Positions 1-9,515 of a DNA stretch of 60,720 nt are shown here, in pieces. A program made the position numbers and the translations under genes. The notes below the pieces were generated by a model. That model saw only the letters and a list, made by a program, of their open reading frames with translations, ran no database searches and was not told the DNA's origin. This DNA is from a bacterium (GTDB taxonomy: Bacteria; JADJOY01), in the NCBI GenBank assembly GCA_046331705.1, contig JAXLQJ010000018.1:62001-122720 (forward strand), written 5' to 3'. Every line of letters starts with the position of its first letter. Position 1 is the stretch's first letter.

Positions 1-29
1 CGCACGAAGACCGCACCGGCGACGCGCAT
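1..29 (-). CDS. Possible 5' end of a CDS running off the left edge (MRVAGAVFV...)
   Basis: On the minus strand GGAG lies 3 nt upstream of an ATG at 29; the fragment is too short to identify. Confidence 0.3.
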
Positions 30-265
30 GATCTCCGCGCGCGCCGAGAAATCGCGGGGCGGACGTCCGATCCGACGCCGGCGCGCCGCTGGCGCGGGGC
101 GATCTCGCGTGCCGGTCACGCCGCGCGCGGCGCGAGCGACGCCCTCCGCCTCGTCACGCCGCGGACGGGATCGGCGGCGCGCCGGACGCGACGCACCACT
201 CGCACCGGCGCTCCCTCGCACGCGCTTCTGCCTCATGGCGCCAGAATGTCGCTCCGGGCCACGCA

Positions 266-295
266 CGCAAAACGTCACCCGGATGACGTTTTGCG
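266..295. promoter_or_regulatory. Perfect 12-bp inverted repeat CGCAAAACGTCA-N6-TGACGTTTTGCG, probable transcription-factor operator
   Basis: AT-rich perfect dyad in the intergenic region upstream of 456. Confidence 0.55.
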
Positions 296-455
296 GCGCT
301 CGCGGGCGACGACAGCGCGAGGCGCGCCCTTCCAATGCGCATCTTGTGGGACATCCTCGTCTCCCCGCCCGATTGGACCGATTCCTGCATTGCGCACGCC
401 CCCCTCGTGATCCGACCTCGACCACGTCCCAGCTGCGAAGGGCACTCCGAGACCG

Positions 456-2048
456 ATGACGCAGAAGGAAGAACCCGCGATCGAAGACGAGGGCTCGTCC
501 CCGGCGCCGCGCACGTTCGTCACCACTCCCGTTGCCTTTCGTGCCGGCTCGACGGTGGGAATCGGCGCCGCACGAGACCTGAGCGCCACGGGCATGTACG
601 TGCGCACCGCGCAGTTTCTGCCGTACGGCACGCCCTTGGAGCTGCGATTCCGCCCCGATCCTGCGGCCTCCGCGGAGGTCGTGGAGATCCGCGGAGTGGT
701 CGCGCGCGCAACACGAGCCTCCGACGCCGAAGGCGCCGGCGTGGGGGTTCGCTTCACCGAGCGCGACTCGCCCCAGATCGAGCGGCTCGCGAGCGTGGTG
801 AGCGAGTCCACGGTGCGCAGCCGCTTCGATGCGGCGCGGGGCGCGGCGTCGCTCGAAGGCTCCGAGGACGGCGATCGTTACGAGGTGCTGGGGCTCTTGG
901 GGTCGGGCGCGACCAGCAACGTCTATCGCGCGCACGATCGTCACGACGACCGCCCCGTCGCGCTCAAGGTGCTCAAGGCGCACATCGCCGAGGATCCCGA
1001 GATCGTGGAACGGCTGCGCCGCGAGGCGGCGTTGGTCCGAATGATCGGGCACCCGCGCATCGCCGACGTGTTCGAGAGCGGCACGATCAACGGCTTCCCG
1101 TACCTGGCCATGGAGCTGGTCGAGGGCGCGGCGCTCTCGCGCCTGCTGTTCGAGCGCCAAGCCCTCGACGAAGCCGAGACCGTGCGCGTGCTGCTCGACG
1201 TCAGCGACGCGGTGGCCGCGGCGCACCAGCGCGACATCGTGCATCGCGACCTCAAGCCCTCGAACATCCTCGTCTCGCCCGAAGTCGGCGCGAAGGTGGT
1301 CGATTTCGGCATCGCTCGCGCGCGGCTGCAGACTCGGCTCACCCAGGCGGGCTCGTTCCTCGGCACACCGAGCTACTCGGCACCCGAGCAGCTCGTGGGC
1401 GCGACCGCCTCGCCGCGCACCGACGTCTACGCGCTCGGCTGCATCGCGTTTCGCTGCCTCACGGGCCACGAGCGCCAGTCGGCACGCGACATCGCCGCGA
1501 CACTCGCGCTGCTGCACTCCGGGCCCGTGCCGGCGCTGCGCGAGCACGGCGCTGCGGTGAGCGCAGGTCTGGAGCAGATCGTGGTCCGCTGCCTCGCCCA
1601 CGATCCCGCCGATCGCTACGCCGACGCGAGCGCCGTGCGCACTGCGCTCGCGCGCCTCGAAGCGCACCCGCCCGCACCGCGCCGCCGCCGCGCGCTGATC
1701 GGCGAGAGCGATCCCTGCTCCGCCGAGCACTTGCGCGTCATCCTGGAGCGCGCGGGGTGGGAGGCGCGGGTCGTCGACGACGGCTTCGCGCTGATCGAGA
1801 TCGCGCTCGGGCAGCCGCCCGACCTCGTCGTGGTCACGTCGACGCTCGCGAGCATCGGCGGGCTGGAGGCCATCCAGATCCTGCGCGCGCAACCCTCGAC
1901 CGCGCGGATCGGCTGCGTGCTCGTCTCCGGCTTCGACGTCGACGGCGAGACCGTGGCGTTCCTCGACACGGCGAAGTTCGTGAAGCGACCGGTCGACGAG
2001 GCCTTCCTCGTCAGCGCGGCGAGCGAGGCCTGCGCCGCCCCGTCCTGA
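456..2048 (+). CDS. PilZ domain - Ser/Thr protein kinase - degenerate receiver domain fusion
   Basis: N-terminal DLSATG and GVGVRF (PilZ); LGSGATSNVY, VALK, HRDLKPSN, DFG, GTPSYSAPE (Hanks kinase); C-terminal REC-like PPDLVVVT...GGLEAIQILR...FVKRP. Confidence 0.9.
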   Translation: MTQKEEPAIEDEGSSPAPRTFVTTPVAFRAGSTVGIGAARDLSATGMYVRTAQFLPYGTPLELRFRPDPAASAEVVEIRGVVARATRASDAEGAGVGVRFTERDSPQIERLASVVSESTVRSRFDAARGAASLEGSEDGDRYEVLGLLGSGATSNVYRAHDRHDDRPVALKVLKAHIAEDPEIVERLRREAALVRMIGHPRIADVFESGTINGFPYLAMELVEGAALSRLLFERQALDEAETVRVLLDVSDAVAAAHQRDIVHRDLKPSNILVSPEVGAKVVDFGIARARLQTRLTQAGSFLGTPSYSAPEQLVGATASPRTDVYALGCIAFRCLTGHERQSARDIAATLALLHSGPVPALREHGAAVSAGLEQIVVRCLAHDPADRYADASAVRTALARLEAHPPAPRRRRALIGESDPCSAEHLRVILERAGWEARVVDDGFALIEIALGQPPDLVVVTSTLASIGGLEAIQILRAQPSTARIGCVLVSGFDVDGETVAFLDTAKFVKRPVDEAFLVSAASEACAAPS

Positions 2049-2219
2049 GGCGTGGCCCAGCCCGTGGCGCGGCGCGAGCGCGAGGCGCGGCGCGAGCCCG
2101 GCCTGCCTTGGAAGCCCGGGGGATTCGGGCTAACAGATCGCCCACCACCACCGCAACGACGGCAAGCGCACGAACGCAGGCGCGCCGCGCACCGCGTCGC
2201 GCCCACCCGAGGACGAACC

Positions 2220-4430
2220 ATGGCGACACCGACGGCTGGCCACAAATGGAGCTTCTTCCGCAGTGGCGGTCTCGATCAGGTCGTGATCAAGACCGGCGCG
2301 GACATCGCCAACCTCGAGACGCTCGACCAGAAGCTGTGGGTGGCGCTCGCGTGCCCCACGCGCGGCATCGAGCTCGACGCGGCCACGCTCGACCTCATCG
2401 ATGGCGACAAGGACGGACGCATCCGCGTCCCCGAGGTCCTCGCCGCCGTGCGCTGGCTCAAGGACGTGCTCAAGAGCACCGACACGCTGCTCGCCGGCGG
2501 CGACGCGGTGCCGCTGGCGGCCATCCAGGACCAGACGAGCGCCGGCAAGGCGATCCTCGCCGGCGCGCGCCACATCCTGGCGAGCCTCGGCAAAGCCGAC
2601 GCCGAGCAGATCTCGCTCGCCGACATCACGGCCACCGAGAAGATCTTCGACGCCAAGAACTTCAACGGCGACGGAATCGTGCCCGCCGACTCGGCGCCCG
2701 ACGAGGCCGCCAAGGCCGCCATCGAGGACGTGATCGCCACCCACGGCTCGAAGGTCGATCGCAGCGGCAAACCCGGAGTGGACCGCGAGCTCATCGACAC
2801 GTTCTTCGCCGACGCCGCCGCGCTCGCCGCGTGGCAGGCGGCCGGCGACGCACCCGCGATTCGCGACCTCGCCGCGGCCGCCGCGGCGGTGGCGGCGGTC
2901 AAGGCCAAGGTCGACGACTACTTCTCGCGCTGCGGCCTCGCCGCGCTGGACCCGCGCGCCGCCGGCTTGCTCGGCGCGACGGAAGCCGATCTCACGGCGC
3001 TCTCCACCAAGGCGTTGTCGCGCTCGAGCGACGACGTCGCTCGACTGCCGATCGCTCGTGTCGAGGCGGGGCGCCCGCTGCCGCTCGCCGCAGGCGTCAA
3101 TCCCGCGTGGGCGGCCGCTCTCGCGGTGCTGGCGCGCGACGCCGTCGAGCCGCTGCTCGGCGACCGCAAGGAGACGCTGAGCGAGGCGGAGTGGACGGCG
3201 CTGGAAGCGAAGACCGAGCCCTATCGCGCGTGGCTGGCGGCGAAGCCCGCGAGCCCGATCACCAAGCTCGAGAGCGCGCGGATCCGTGCGCTCCTCGAGA
3301 GCAACGTGAAGCAGGTGCTCGTCGAGCTGGTCGAGAAGGACCTGGCGGTGAAGTCCGAGATCGAGCAGATCGAGGCGGTCGAGAAGCTGGTGAGGCTGCA
3401 GCGCGATTTCGTGCGACTGCTCGCCAACTTCGTCAACTTCTCGGCCTTCTACAGCAAGGCCGGCGCGGTGTTCCAGGTCGGCACGCTCTACCTCGACGGG
3501 CGCGCCTGCGATCTGTGCGTGCGCGTCGCCGACGCTGGCAGGCACGCGGCGCTCGCGGGGCTCTCGAAGTCCTACCTCGCCTACTGCGACTGCGTGCGCC
3601 GCGGCACCGGTCAGACCATGACCATCGCCGCAGCGTTCACCGACGGTGACTCGGACCAGCTCATGGTGGGTCGCAACGGCGTCTTCTACGACCGCAACGG
3701 CAACGACTGGGACGCGACGATCACCAAGATCATCGAGAACCCCATCAGCATCCGTCAGGCGTTCTTCGGCCCGTACAAGCGCTTCCTGCGCATGGTGGAG
3801 GAACAGGTCGCCAAGCGCGCCGCGGCAGCGGACGCCGCGGCGGGGACCAAGCTGCAGGCGGCGGCCACCGCGACCGCGACCGCCGATCAGACGAAAGCGA
3901 CGCCGGCGGCGGCGGAGCCCAAGAAGTTCGACCTCGCGCTCATCACCGGGATCGGCGTCGCCATCGGCAGCATCGGCACCTTCGTCGCCTCGATCGTCAC
4001 CAAGTTCTTCGATCTGGGCATGTGGGTGCCGGTCGGACTGCTCGGCATCGTGCTGGCGATCTCCGGACCGTCGATGCTCATCGCCTGGCTCAAGCTCAGG
4101 CAGCGCAACCTGGGCCCGATCCTCGATGCCAACGGTTGGGCGATCAACGGCCGGGTGATGATCAACGTGCCGTTCGGCAGCGCGCTCACCAGCGTCGCCA
4201 CGCTGCCGCAGGGCGCGAGTCGCGCGCTCACCGATCCCTACGCCGAGCGCAAGCGTCCGTGGGGTACGTACGTCTTCTTCGCCGTGCTGCTGGCGCTCGG
4301 GCTCGGCTGGTACGTGGGCAAGCTCGACCGTTTCCTGCCCGGCCCCGCGAAGAGCACCAGCGTCATGGGCGATCTCGCGCCTGCGGCGGCGAAGAAGCCC
4401 GCCGCCGAGGCTCCCGCGCCCGCGAAATGA
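2220..4430 (+). CDS. Large uncharacterised EF-hand-containing membrane protein
   Basis: ATG 2220 preceded by GAGGA; EF-hand loop DGDKDGRIRVPE and a second loop NFNGDGIV; three hydrophobic segments near the C-terminus; strong GC3 codon bias. Confidence 0.8.
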   Translation: MATPTAGHKWSFFRSGGLDQVVIKTGADIANLETLDQKLWVALACPTRGIELDAATLDLIDGDKDGRIRVPEVLAAVRWLKDVLKSTDTLLAGGDAVPLAAIQDQTSAGKAILAGARHILASLGKADAEQISLADITATEKIFDAKNFNGDGIVPADSAPDEAAKAAIEDVIATHGSKVDRSGKPGVDRELIDTFFADAAALAAWQAAGDAPAIRDLAAAAAAVAAVKAKVDDYFSRCGLAALDPRAAGLLGATEADLTALSTKALSRSSDDVARLPIARVEAGRPLPLAAGVNPAWAAALAVLARDAVEPLLGDRKETLSEAEWTALEAKTEPYRAWLAAKPASPITKLESARIRALLESNVKQVLVELVEKDLAVKSEIEQIEAVEKLVRLQRDFVRLLANFVNFSAFYSKAGAVFQVGTLYLDGRACDLCVRVADAGRHAALAGLSKSYLAYCDCVRRGTGQTMTIAAAFTDGDSDQLMVGRNGVFYDRNGNDWDATITKIIENPISIRQAFFGPYKRFLRMVEEQVAKRAAAADAAAGTKLQAAATATATADQTKATPAAAEPKKFDLALITGIGVAIGSIGTFVASIVTKFFDLGMWVPVGLLGIVLAISGPSMLIAWLKLRQRNLGPILDANGWAINGRVMINVPFGSALTSVATLPQGASRALTDPYAERKRPWGTYVFFAVLLALGLGWYVGKLDRFLPGPAKSTSVMGDLAPAAAKKPAAEAPAPAK

Positions 4431-4535
4431 CCCGCGGCGCGAGCGCCGCCGAGACCGCGCTCGCGCCGCCGATTCGCGATCCTGCACCTGCGCCGCTCGG
4501 GGTAGGATCCGCCTCCGCATCCGAGGGAGGCATCC

Positions 4536-5423
4536 ATGCGTTCACGTCTCGCGCTCGTTCTCCTGGTTCTCGGCGCCACGGGCTGCGCGGCGCTGGCACC
4601 GCCGCCGCCCTTCGTCCCGCCCGCCCCCGCCGTACACGCCGATGTCGCCGAGGTCGAGTGGCTCGTGGGCCGCTGGCGCACCGATGCGCGCGACTTCGAG
4701 GAGAGCTGGCAGCCCGCGGGAGACGCGTTGCTCGGCGCCTCGTTCACCGTCGCCGACGGGCGCACCTCCACGTGGGAGGCGTCGATCATCGCCCGCGACG
4801 AGCAGGGCCGGCTCACCTACCGCGCGATGCCCGAGGGTGCGGACCCGGTCGCCTTCGTGCGCAACGTGTCGGGAGATCGCGCGGTGCGGTTCGGCAATCC
4901 CAGCCACGATTTCCCGCAACTGCTCGCGTACGCGCGCCGCGATGCCGGCTCCGTGGCACGCCTGGGCGCGCGGATCGCCGGCGGCGGCAGGCAGATCGAT
5001 CTGCCCATGCTCTTGGTCGCGTCGGCGCCGGCGCCCGAGCTGGAGGAGGCGGACCGAGCCTTCGCCGCGGACGTCGACTCCCGCGGCGCCGACGCGTGGG
5101 TGGAGGTCTTCGACGAGGCCGGCGGCATGGAATCGGACGGCAAGCGCGTCGCGGGCAAGGACGCGATCCGCGCGGCCATGACGCCCTTGCTCTCCGATCG
5201 GAAAGCCCGTCTGCAATGGGCACCGCTGGCGAGCGGGCTCTCGCCGGCCGGGGACCTGGGATACACCGTCGGCGCGTGGGCGTTGCGGAAATACACCGAC
5301 GGCACGTGGCGGACGCACGCGACGGGCAGCTACGTCACGGTGTGGCGGCGTGCTGCCGACGGCGCCTGGAAGGTGCTCTTCGACGCAGGCGAGGACGACC
5401 CGCCACCGCCGGCCAACCCCTGA
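4536..5423 (+). CDS. Lipoprotein with DUF6265-like and SnoaL/NTF2-like (DUF4440-like) domains
   Basis: GGAGG RBS; lipobox-like GATGC; WLVGRW, EESW and FGNPSHDFPQ; C-terminal GDLGYTVG...YVTVWRR..DGAWKVLFD. Confidence 0.75.
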   Translation: MRSRLALVLLVLGATGCAALAPPPPFVPPAPAVHADVAEVEWLVGRWRTDARDFEESWQPAGDALLGASFTVADGRTSTWEASIIARDEQGRLTYRAMPEGADPVAFVRNVSGDRAVRFGNPSHDFPQLLAYARRDAGSVARLGARIAGGGRQIDLPMLLVASAPAPELEEADRAFAADVDSRGADAWVEVFDEAGGMESDGKRVAGKDAIRAAMTPLLSDRKARLQWAPLASGLSPAGDLGYTVGAWALRKYTDGTWRTHATGSYVTVWRRAADGAWKVLFDAGEDDPPPPANP

Positions 5424-5472
5424 GCGATCCGTCGCAGGATCGCGAGCGCCGTCGCCGCCCTCGCTCCTGCGA

Positions 5473-8385
5473 TCACGCCGCGCCGCGCGACGGCGCGACG
5501 GCGTGCGCGCGCAGCGCCGCCTCGAGCTGTTTGCGAAAGCCCAGCGCGGCGGTGTTGCGCAACCGGTTCATGTAGCCGAGCCGGTTGTCGGCGGCGCCTC
5601 CGGCGGCCTCCTCCGCGACGGCGCGCCCGTCCACGTAGAAGAGCCCGCGCGGCGTGCCCTCGACGATCACCGGATAGAGCGCGAAAGCGCGCGCTCGATA
5701 CGGGCGATACCAGGTCGGCAGAAACGCAGCGATCTCACGCGCGCCACTGTTGCCGATGACCACGTCCTGGCCGTCCCGCAGCGCCCTCGCGAACAGATCG
5801 CCGTCGGGATCGGCGATCGAGAAGCGCACGCTGCCGATCGCCGCCGGCCAGCGCTCGCCGAGCGCGTGAGTGAGGGTCGCCTCGCGGCGCTCGGGGTCGA
5901 TCGCGGCGAAGAACACGTTCTCGAACGCGAAGCCCGTGAACGCCGTCTCGACGATGATCGTGACCACGTCGGCGAGCTGGAACTCGCCGGCGAGCAATCG
6001 GGTGATCTCGTGCAGGCGCCGGAGCAGGATGCGCGTGCGATCGCTGGCGCTGGGGTCGGGCGTCGGCGCCTCGTGTTGCGCGCGGGCTTGGGGTTCGACG
6101 GGCTCGCGGGCACCCAGGAACGTCCGCGCCGCGGCCACCGGCGAGCTTGCCGGCATGGCGACGCGCGCCGCGCGCGCCGTCTCCTCGACCAGCTTGACCG
6201 CGCCGCCGAGCACCGATCCCACGGCCCGCGCGTCCACCTTCAGCGTGCCGCCGAAGCGGCCGACCAGCGCCGCCACGCGCGCGTCGTGATCGCCCGCCGT
6301 GCTGGTCGTGAGCGCGCTCACCAGCTCGGTCGCGAAGCACGCGGCGTGGCGGACCTGATCGGCGGTGGTGCGAGGCCTCGCGACGGCACCCGCCGGCAGC
6401 GGATCCATGCTCTCCGCCACCACGCTGGGAAAGCCCCAGCTCTCCGCCACGGCGCGCCCCAGCGCCGGCAGCGCCGCGCCGAGCAGCTGCGCGGCCACGT
6501 CCTCGGGCGAGCTCCCCCGCTCCGCCGCCGCGCGCTTCGCCTCCGCCCACTCCTGGGGGAAATAGAACGCGACCAGATAGCGCCCCAGATCGCTGAACAG
6601 ACCGCAGGTATAGGCACGCTCGCCGAGCGCGCGACCACCGATGCGCTCGGCGACGCCGCGGGCGACGTTGGCGCGCATCAAGGCGCCCAGCACGATCTCG
6701 GAGAGATCGCTCCCGGCCTCGTCTCCCCGGCTGCGGTTGACGAGCAGCAACGTGAGCGCCGCATCCCGCACGGCGTCGAAGCCGAGCAGCATGATCGCGT
6801 GGGACACCGTCGAGATCGTTCCCGCCGCGGGGCCGTGATAGGTCGAGTTCACGAGCCTGAGCACCTTGCTCGCGAGCGCCACGTCCTTGAGGATCACGCT
6901 CGCCAGCTCGCTCGCCGAGGTGTTGTCGCGCGACGCCTGCACGTTGATCTCGCCGATGATCTGCGCCAGCGCGGGGAAATCCGGGTTGGCGCGCATCCGC
7001 GCGAAAAGCTCGTCGAGGGCGCCGGGGCGCGACTCGGTGACGGCGGTGCGACTCGGGATCGCGTCCGCCTCGCTCGCGATCTCGGGCGGCGGGGTGGTGC
7101 AGCTCGACGGCGTGGCCGCGTCGAGCGCGGGTCCGTCGAGGGCGGGTTCGTCGGCGGACGCCGTGGGAAGCGGCGTCGCCGGAGTCACGGCGAGCGTCGC
7201 TGCTCGCGGTGCGGACCGCGCCGGCGCCGTGACGGAGAGTGCCCGCGCGAGCGAGCCGGGCTGGGTGGGCAGCTCGTGGAGCGACGGCGCGGCGCTCGAC
7301 ACGGCGGAGACCGCGGAGACCACCGGGGCAGCGATCTCGGGCGGCGTGATCGCGGCTGGCGCCGAGACCGACGCGGGCGCGTCGCTCGCGATGCGGCTTC
7401 GCGCGGGCGCCGGCGTGGGTCCGCGCACCGCCGTCTCGAGGCGCTCGGCGATCTCGCGCATGAGCGGCGGCCGATCGTCCGGATCCTTGGCCAGCATCGC
7501 CACCGTGAGCGCCTCGAGCGCCAGCGGCGCGTCCCAGCTCGTGGCTGCGCGACTCGGGCGCAGCGGCATCTCGTTGAGGTGCTGATTGAGAAGCCGCCCG
7601 ATGGTCTTGCCGTCGAACGGCGGACGGCCGACCAGCGCTTCGTAGAGCATGACCCCGAGCGCGTAGATGTCGACCCGGTGATCGACCGCCTCGCCGCGAA
7701 TCGATTCCGGCGCCAGGAACTGCGGCGTTCCCAGCAACGCGCCCGAATGCGTGAGCGGCTCGGCATCGCCGTCGAGCTCGAGCACCTTGGCGACCCCGAA
7801 GTCGAGCACCTTCACCTGGTCGCGCTCGGGACCGCGATCGAAGACCATGACGTTGGCCGGCTTGAGGTCGCGGTGCACCACACCGTGCGCGTGCGCGTCG
7901 TCGAGGGAGCGCGCGATCTGCGCCACGATCCGCGCCGTGCGCCGCCATTCCAGCGGGCCTTGCTCGCGCAGCACGCGCCGCAGATCTCTGCCGTCCACGA
8001 ACTCCATGGCGATGTACAGGGTTCCAGAGTCGGTCGTGCCGAAGTCGTAGAGCGTGATCGTGCACGGATGGTTGAGGCGGCTCGCCGCCGCGGCCTCGTT
8101 CTCGAAGCGCGCCTTGAGCGAGGGATCGGGCGCGAGGTGCGGGTGCAGCACCTTGAGCGCCACCAGCCGCGCGATCGGCTGCTGCTCGGCGCGATAGACG
8201 ACCCCCATCCCGCCCTCGCCCAGCCGCTCGAGCACCCGGAAGCGATTGCCTACGAGCTGACCGAGGAGAGGGTCGGTTCCTGCCGAGCGCTCGAGACCAC
8301 CGGGCGCGCGCCCGCAAGCCGGGCAGGACGTGTGGCCATCCGCCCATGCGCGGGCGCAACGCACACAGCCCGTTTCGGTCGCCAT
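5473..8385 (-). CDS. Zn-ribbon - Ser/Thr kinase - Pro/Ala linker - HDOD domain - GAF-like C-terminal domain
   Basis: ATG 8385 with GGAGGG RBS; CVRC..CPAC; LGEGGMGVVY, HRDLKPAN, DFG, GTPQFLAPE; HDOD signature DFPAL...ILKDVALASKVLRLVNS...AIMLLGF. Confidence 0.88.
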   Translation of the reverse strand: MATETGCVRCARAWADGHTSCPACGRAPGGLERSAGTDPLLGQLVGNRFRVLERLGEGGMGVVYRAEQQPIARLVALKVLHPHLAPDPSLKARFENEAAAASRLNHPCTITLYDFGTTDSGTLYIAMEFVDGRDLRRVLREQGPLEWRRTARIVAQIARSLDDAHAHGVVHRDLKPANVMVFDRGPERDQVKVLDFGVAKVLELDGDAEPLTHSGALLGTPQFLAPESIRGEAVDHRVDIYALGVMLYEALVGRPPFDGKTIGRLLNQHLNEMPLRPSRAATSWDAPLALEALTVAMLAKDPDDRPPLMREIAERLETAVRGPTPAPARSRIASDAPASVSAPAAITPPEIAAPVVSAVSAVSSAAPSLHELPTQPGSLARALSVTAPARSAPRAATLAVTPATPLPTASADEPALDGPALDAATPSSCTTPPPEIASEADAIPSRTAVTESRPGALDELFARMRANPDFPALAQIIGEINVQASRDNTSASELASVILKDVALASKVLRLVNSTYHGPAAGTISTVSHAIMLLGFDAVRDAALTLLLVNRSRGDEAGSDLSEIVLGALMRANVARGVAERIGGRALGERAYTCGLFSDLGRYLVAFYFPQEWAEAKRAAAERGSSPEDVAAQLLGAALPALGRAVAESWGFPSVVAESMDPLPAGAVARPRTTADQVRHAACFATELVSALTTSTAGDHDARVAALVGRFGGTLKVDARAVGSVLGGAVKLVEETARAARVAMPASSPVAAARTFLGAREPVEPQARAQHEAPTPDPSASDRTRILLRRLHEITRLLAGEFQLADVVTIIVETAFTGFAFENVFFAAIDPERREATLTHALGERWPAAIGSVRFSIADPDGDLFARALRDGQDVVIGNSGAREIAAFLPTWYRPYRARAFALYPVIVEGTPRGLFYVDGRAVAEEAAGGAADNRLGYMNRLRNTAALGFRKQLEAALRAHAVAPSRGAA

Positions 8386-8716
8386 CTTCCCTCCGCACTG
8401 CCGCGCCGCGGCCGAGAGGAGACCCGGGCGGGTTCCCGCGGGTCCATCGGCCTGCGGGGCCCGAGATGCAAGCCGCACGCCTGCGCGCGCGAGACGCGGA
8501 GCGCCCGGTGACGCACCCGGCTCTCGGAACTGCGACGTCCTGCTCGGGCCGTCGCCGACTTCCACCGAGTGGGTCCCCGGCGAGCGAGCGCCGTGCGCGC
8601 TGCGCTCAACTTCCGTACGCGCACTCGCCCGAAAGTTGCGCCGCGGCACGCCGGCCGCTCGCGACAGTTCCAGCGAAACATCCGTAGTTTCGCGTAGGTG
8701 TCGCGCACGACGCCAA

Positions 8717-8732
8717 CGGCACATCGGATGCA
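8717..8732 (+). promoter_or_regulatory. Candidate sigma54 (-24/-12) promoter CGGCACATCGGATGCA
   Basis: GGCAC...TGCA with exact GG-N10-GC spacing, about 60 nt upstream of the 8790 start. Confidence 0.5.
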
Positions 8733-8789
8733 CTCGGGTCGCGTGCACGATCCCCGCATCACGCGGCGATCGAGGAAGGAGAACGATCG

Positions 8790-9515
8790 ATGACGGTGAG
8801 GAGAGGCTCGTCTCGCGCGCGCGTGCTCGCGCAGGCCGTGGCGATATCGCTGTTGACGTGCGCGCCGACCCTCGCGCACGCGGAGAAGCTCGTCTTCCGC
8901 GAGGATTTCTCGAGCATGCCGTACGGCCCGTGGCAGCAGCCGCCGAGCGCCGGCTACCGGCTGCGCGGCGAGATGTTCACCGAGTACCCCGTGCAGCGCG
9001 ACGGGCTCGTGGGCGCGGTGCTCACCACACGCGGGCTCTTCCAGGGAGAGCGCGTGGTGTTCCCGGCGTGGATCGACGGTCAGCACGCGAGCTTGCGCTA
9101 CGACGTCGATTTCCAGCGCATGCAAGCGATCATCGACACCGCCGTGCAATGGCACGTCAACGTCGACGCGACCACCGGCCTGCAGCGCTTCTATCAAGCC
9201 GCTCTGCTGCACGGTGCCAAGCCCGGCGTGGCCGCGGCGCTCAAGGTCCAGCTCGTGGAGGAGTCGGCGGCGGAGCCCCGCGGCTTCCGCGTCACCACGC
9301 TGGGACACGCGCAAGCGCCCACGCTGACCCAAGAGGGGTGGCATCACCTGCAGATCCGCTCCACCGGCACGAGCTTCGACGAGTTCGTCGTGAGCCTCGA
9401 CGGAAACGACCTGCTCGCCGTGCAGGACGCGACGCTGCGCGCGGGCTACGTGGGCGTGCGCGTCGGACTCGACACGACCCGCTGGGACAACATCCGAGTC
9501 GTCACGAATCTATGA
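8790..9515 (+). CDS. Secreted protein, probable concanavalin A-like/DUF1080-type beta-sandwich
   Basis: AGGAAGGAG RBS; signal peptide ending AHA; FREDF start, WHHLQIR...VSLDG...GYVGVR...WDNIRV end. Confidence 0.6.
   Translation: MTVRRGSSRARVLAQAVAISLLTCAPTLAHAEKLVFREDFSSMPYGPWQQPPSAGYRLRGEMFTEYPVQRDGLVGAVLTTRGLFQGERVVFPAWIDGQHASLRYDVDFQRMQAIIDTAVQWHVNVDATTGLQRFYQAALLHGAKPGVAAALKVQLVEESAAEPRGFRVTTLGHAQAPTLTQEGWHHLQIRSTGTSFDEFVVSLDGNDLLAVQDATLRAGYVGVRVGLDTTRWDNIRVVTNL

Noticed and set aside
335-8511. Long alternative ORFs 335-3649, 2130-4520, 5350-8511 and 5735-8398
   Set aside because: Off-frame or antisense to well-supported genes; low-complexity translations
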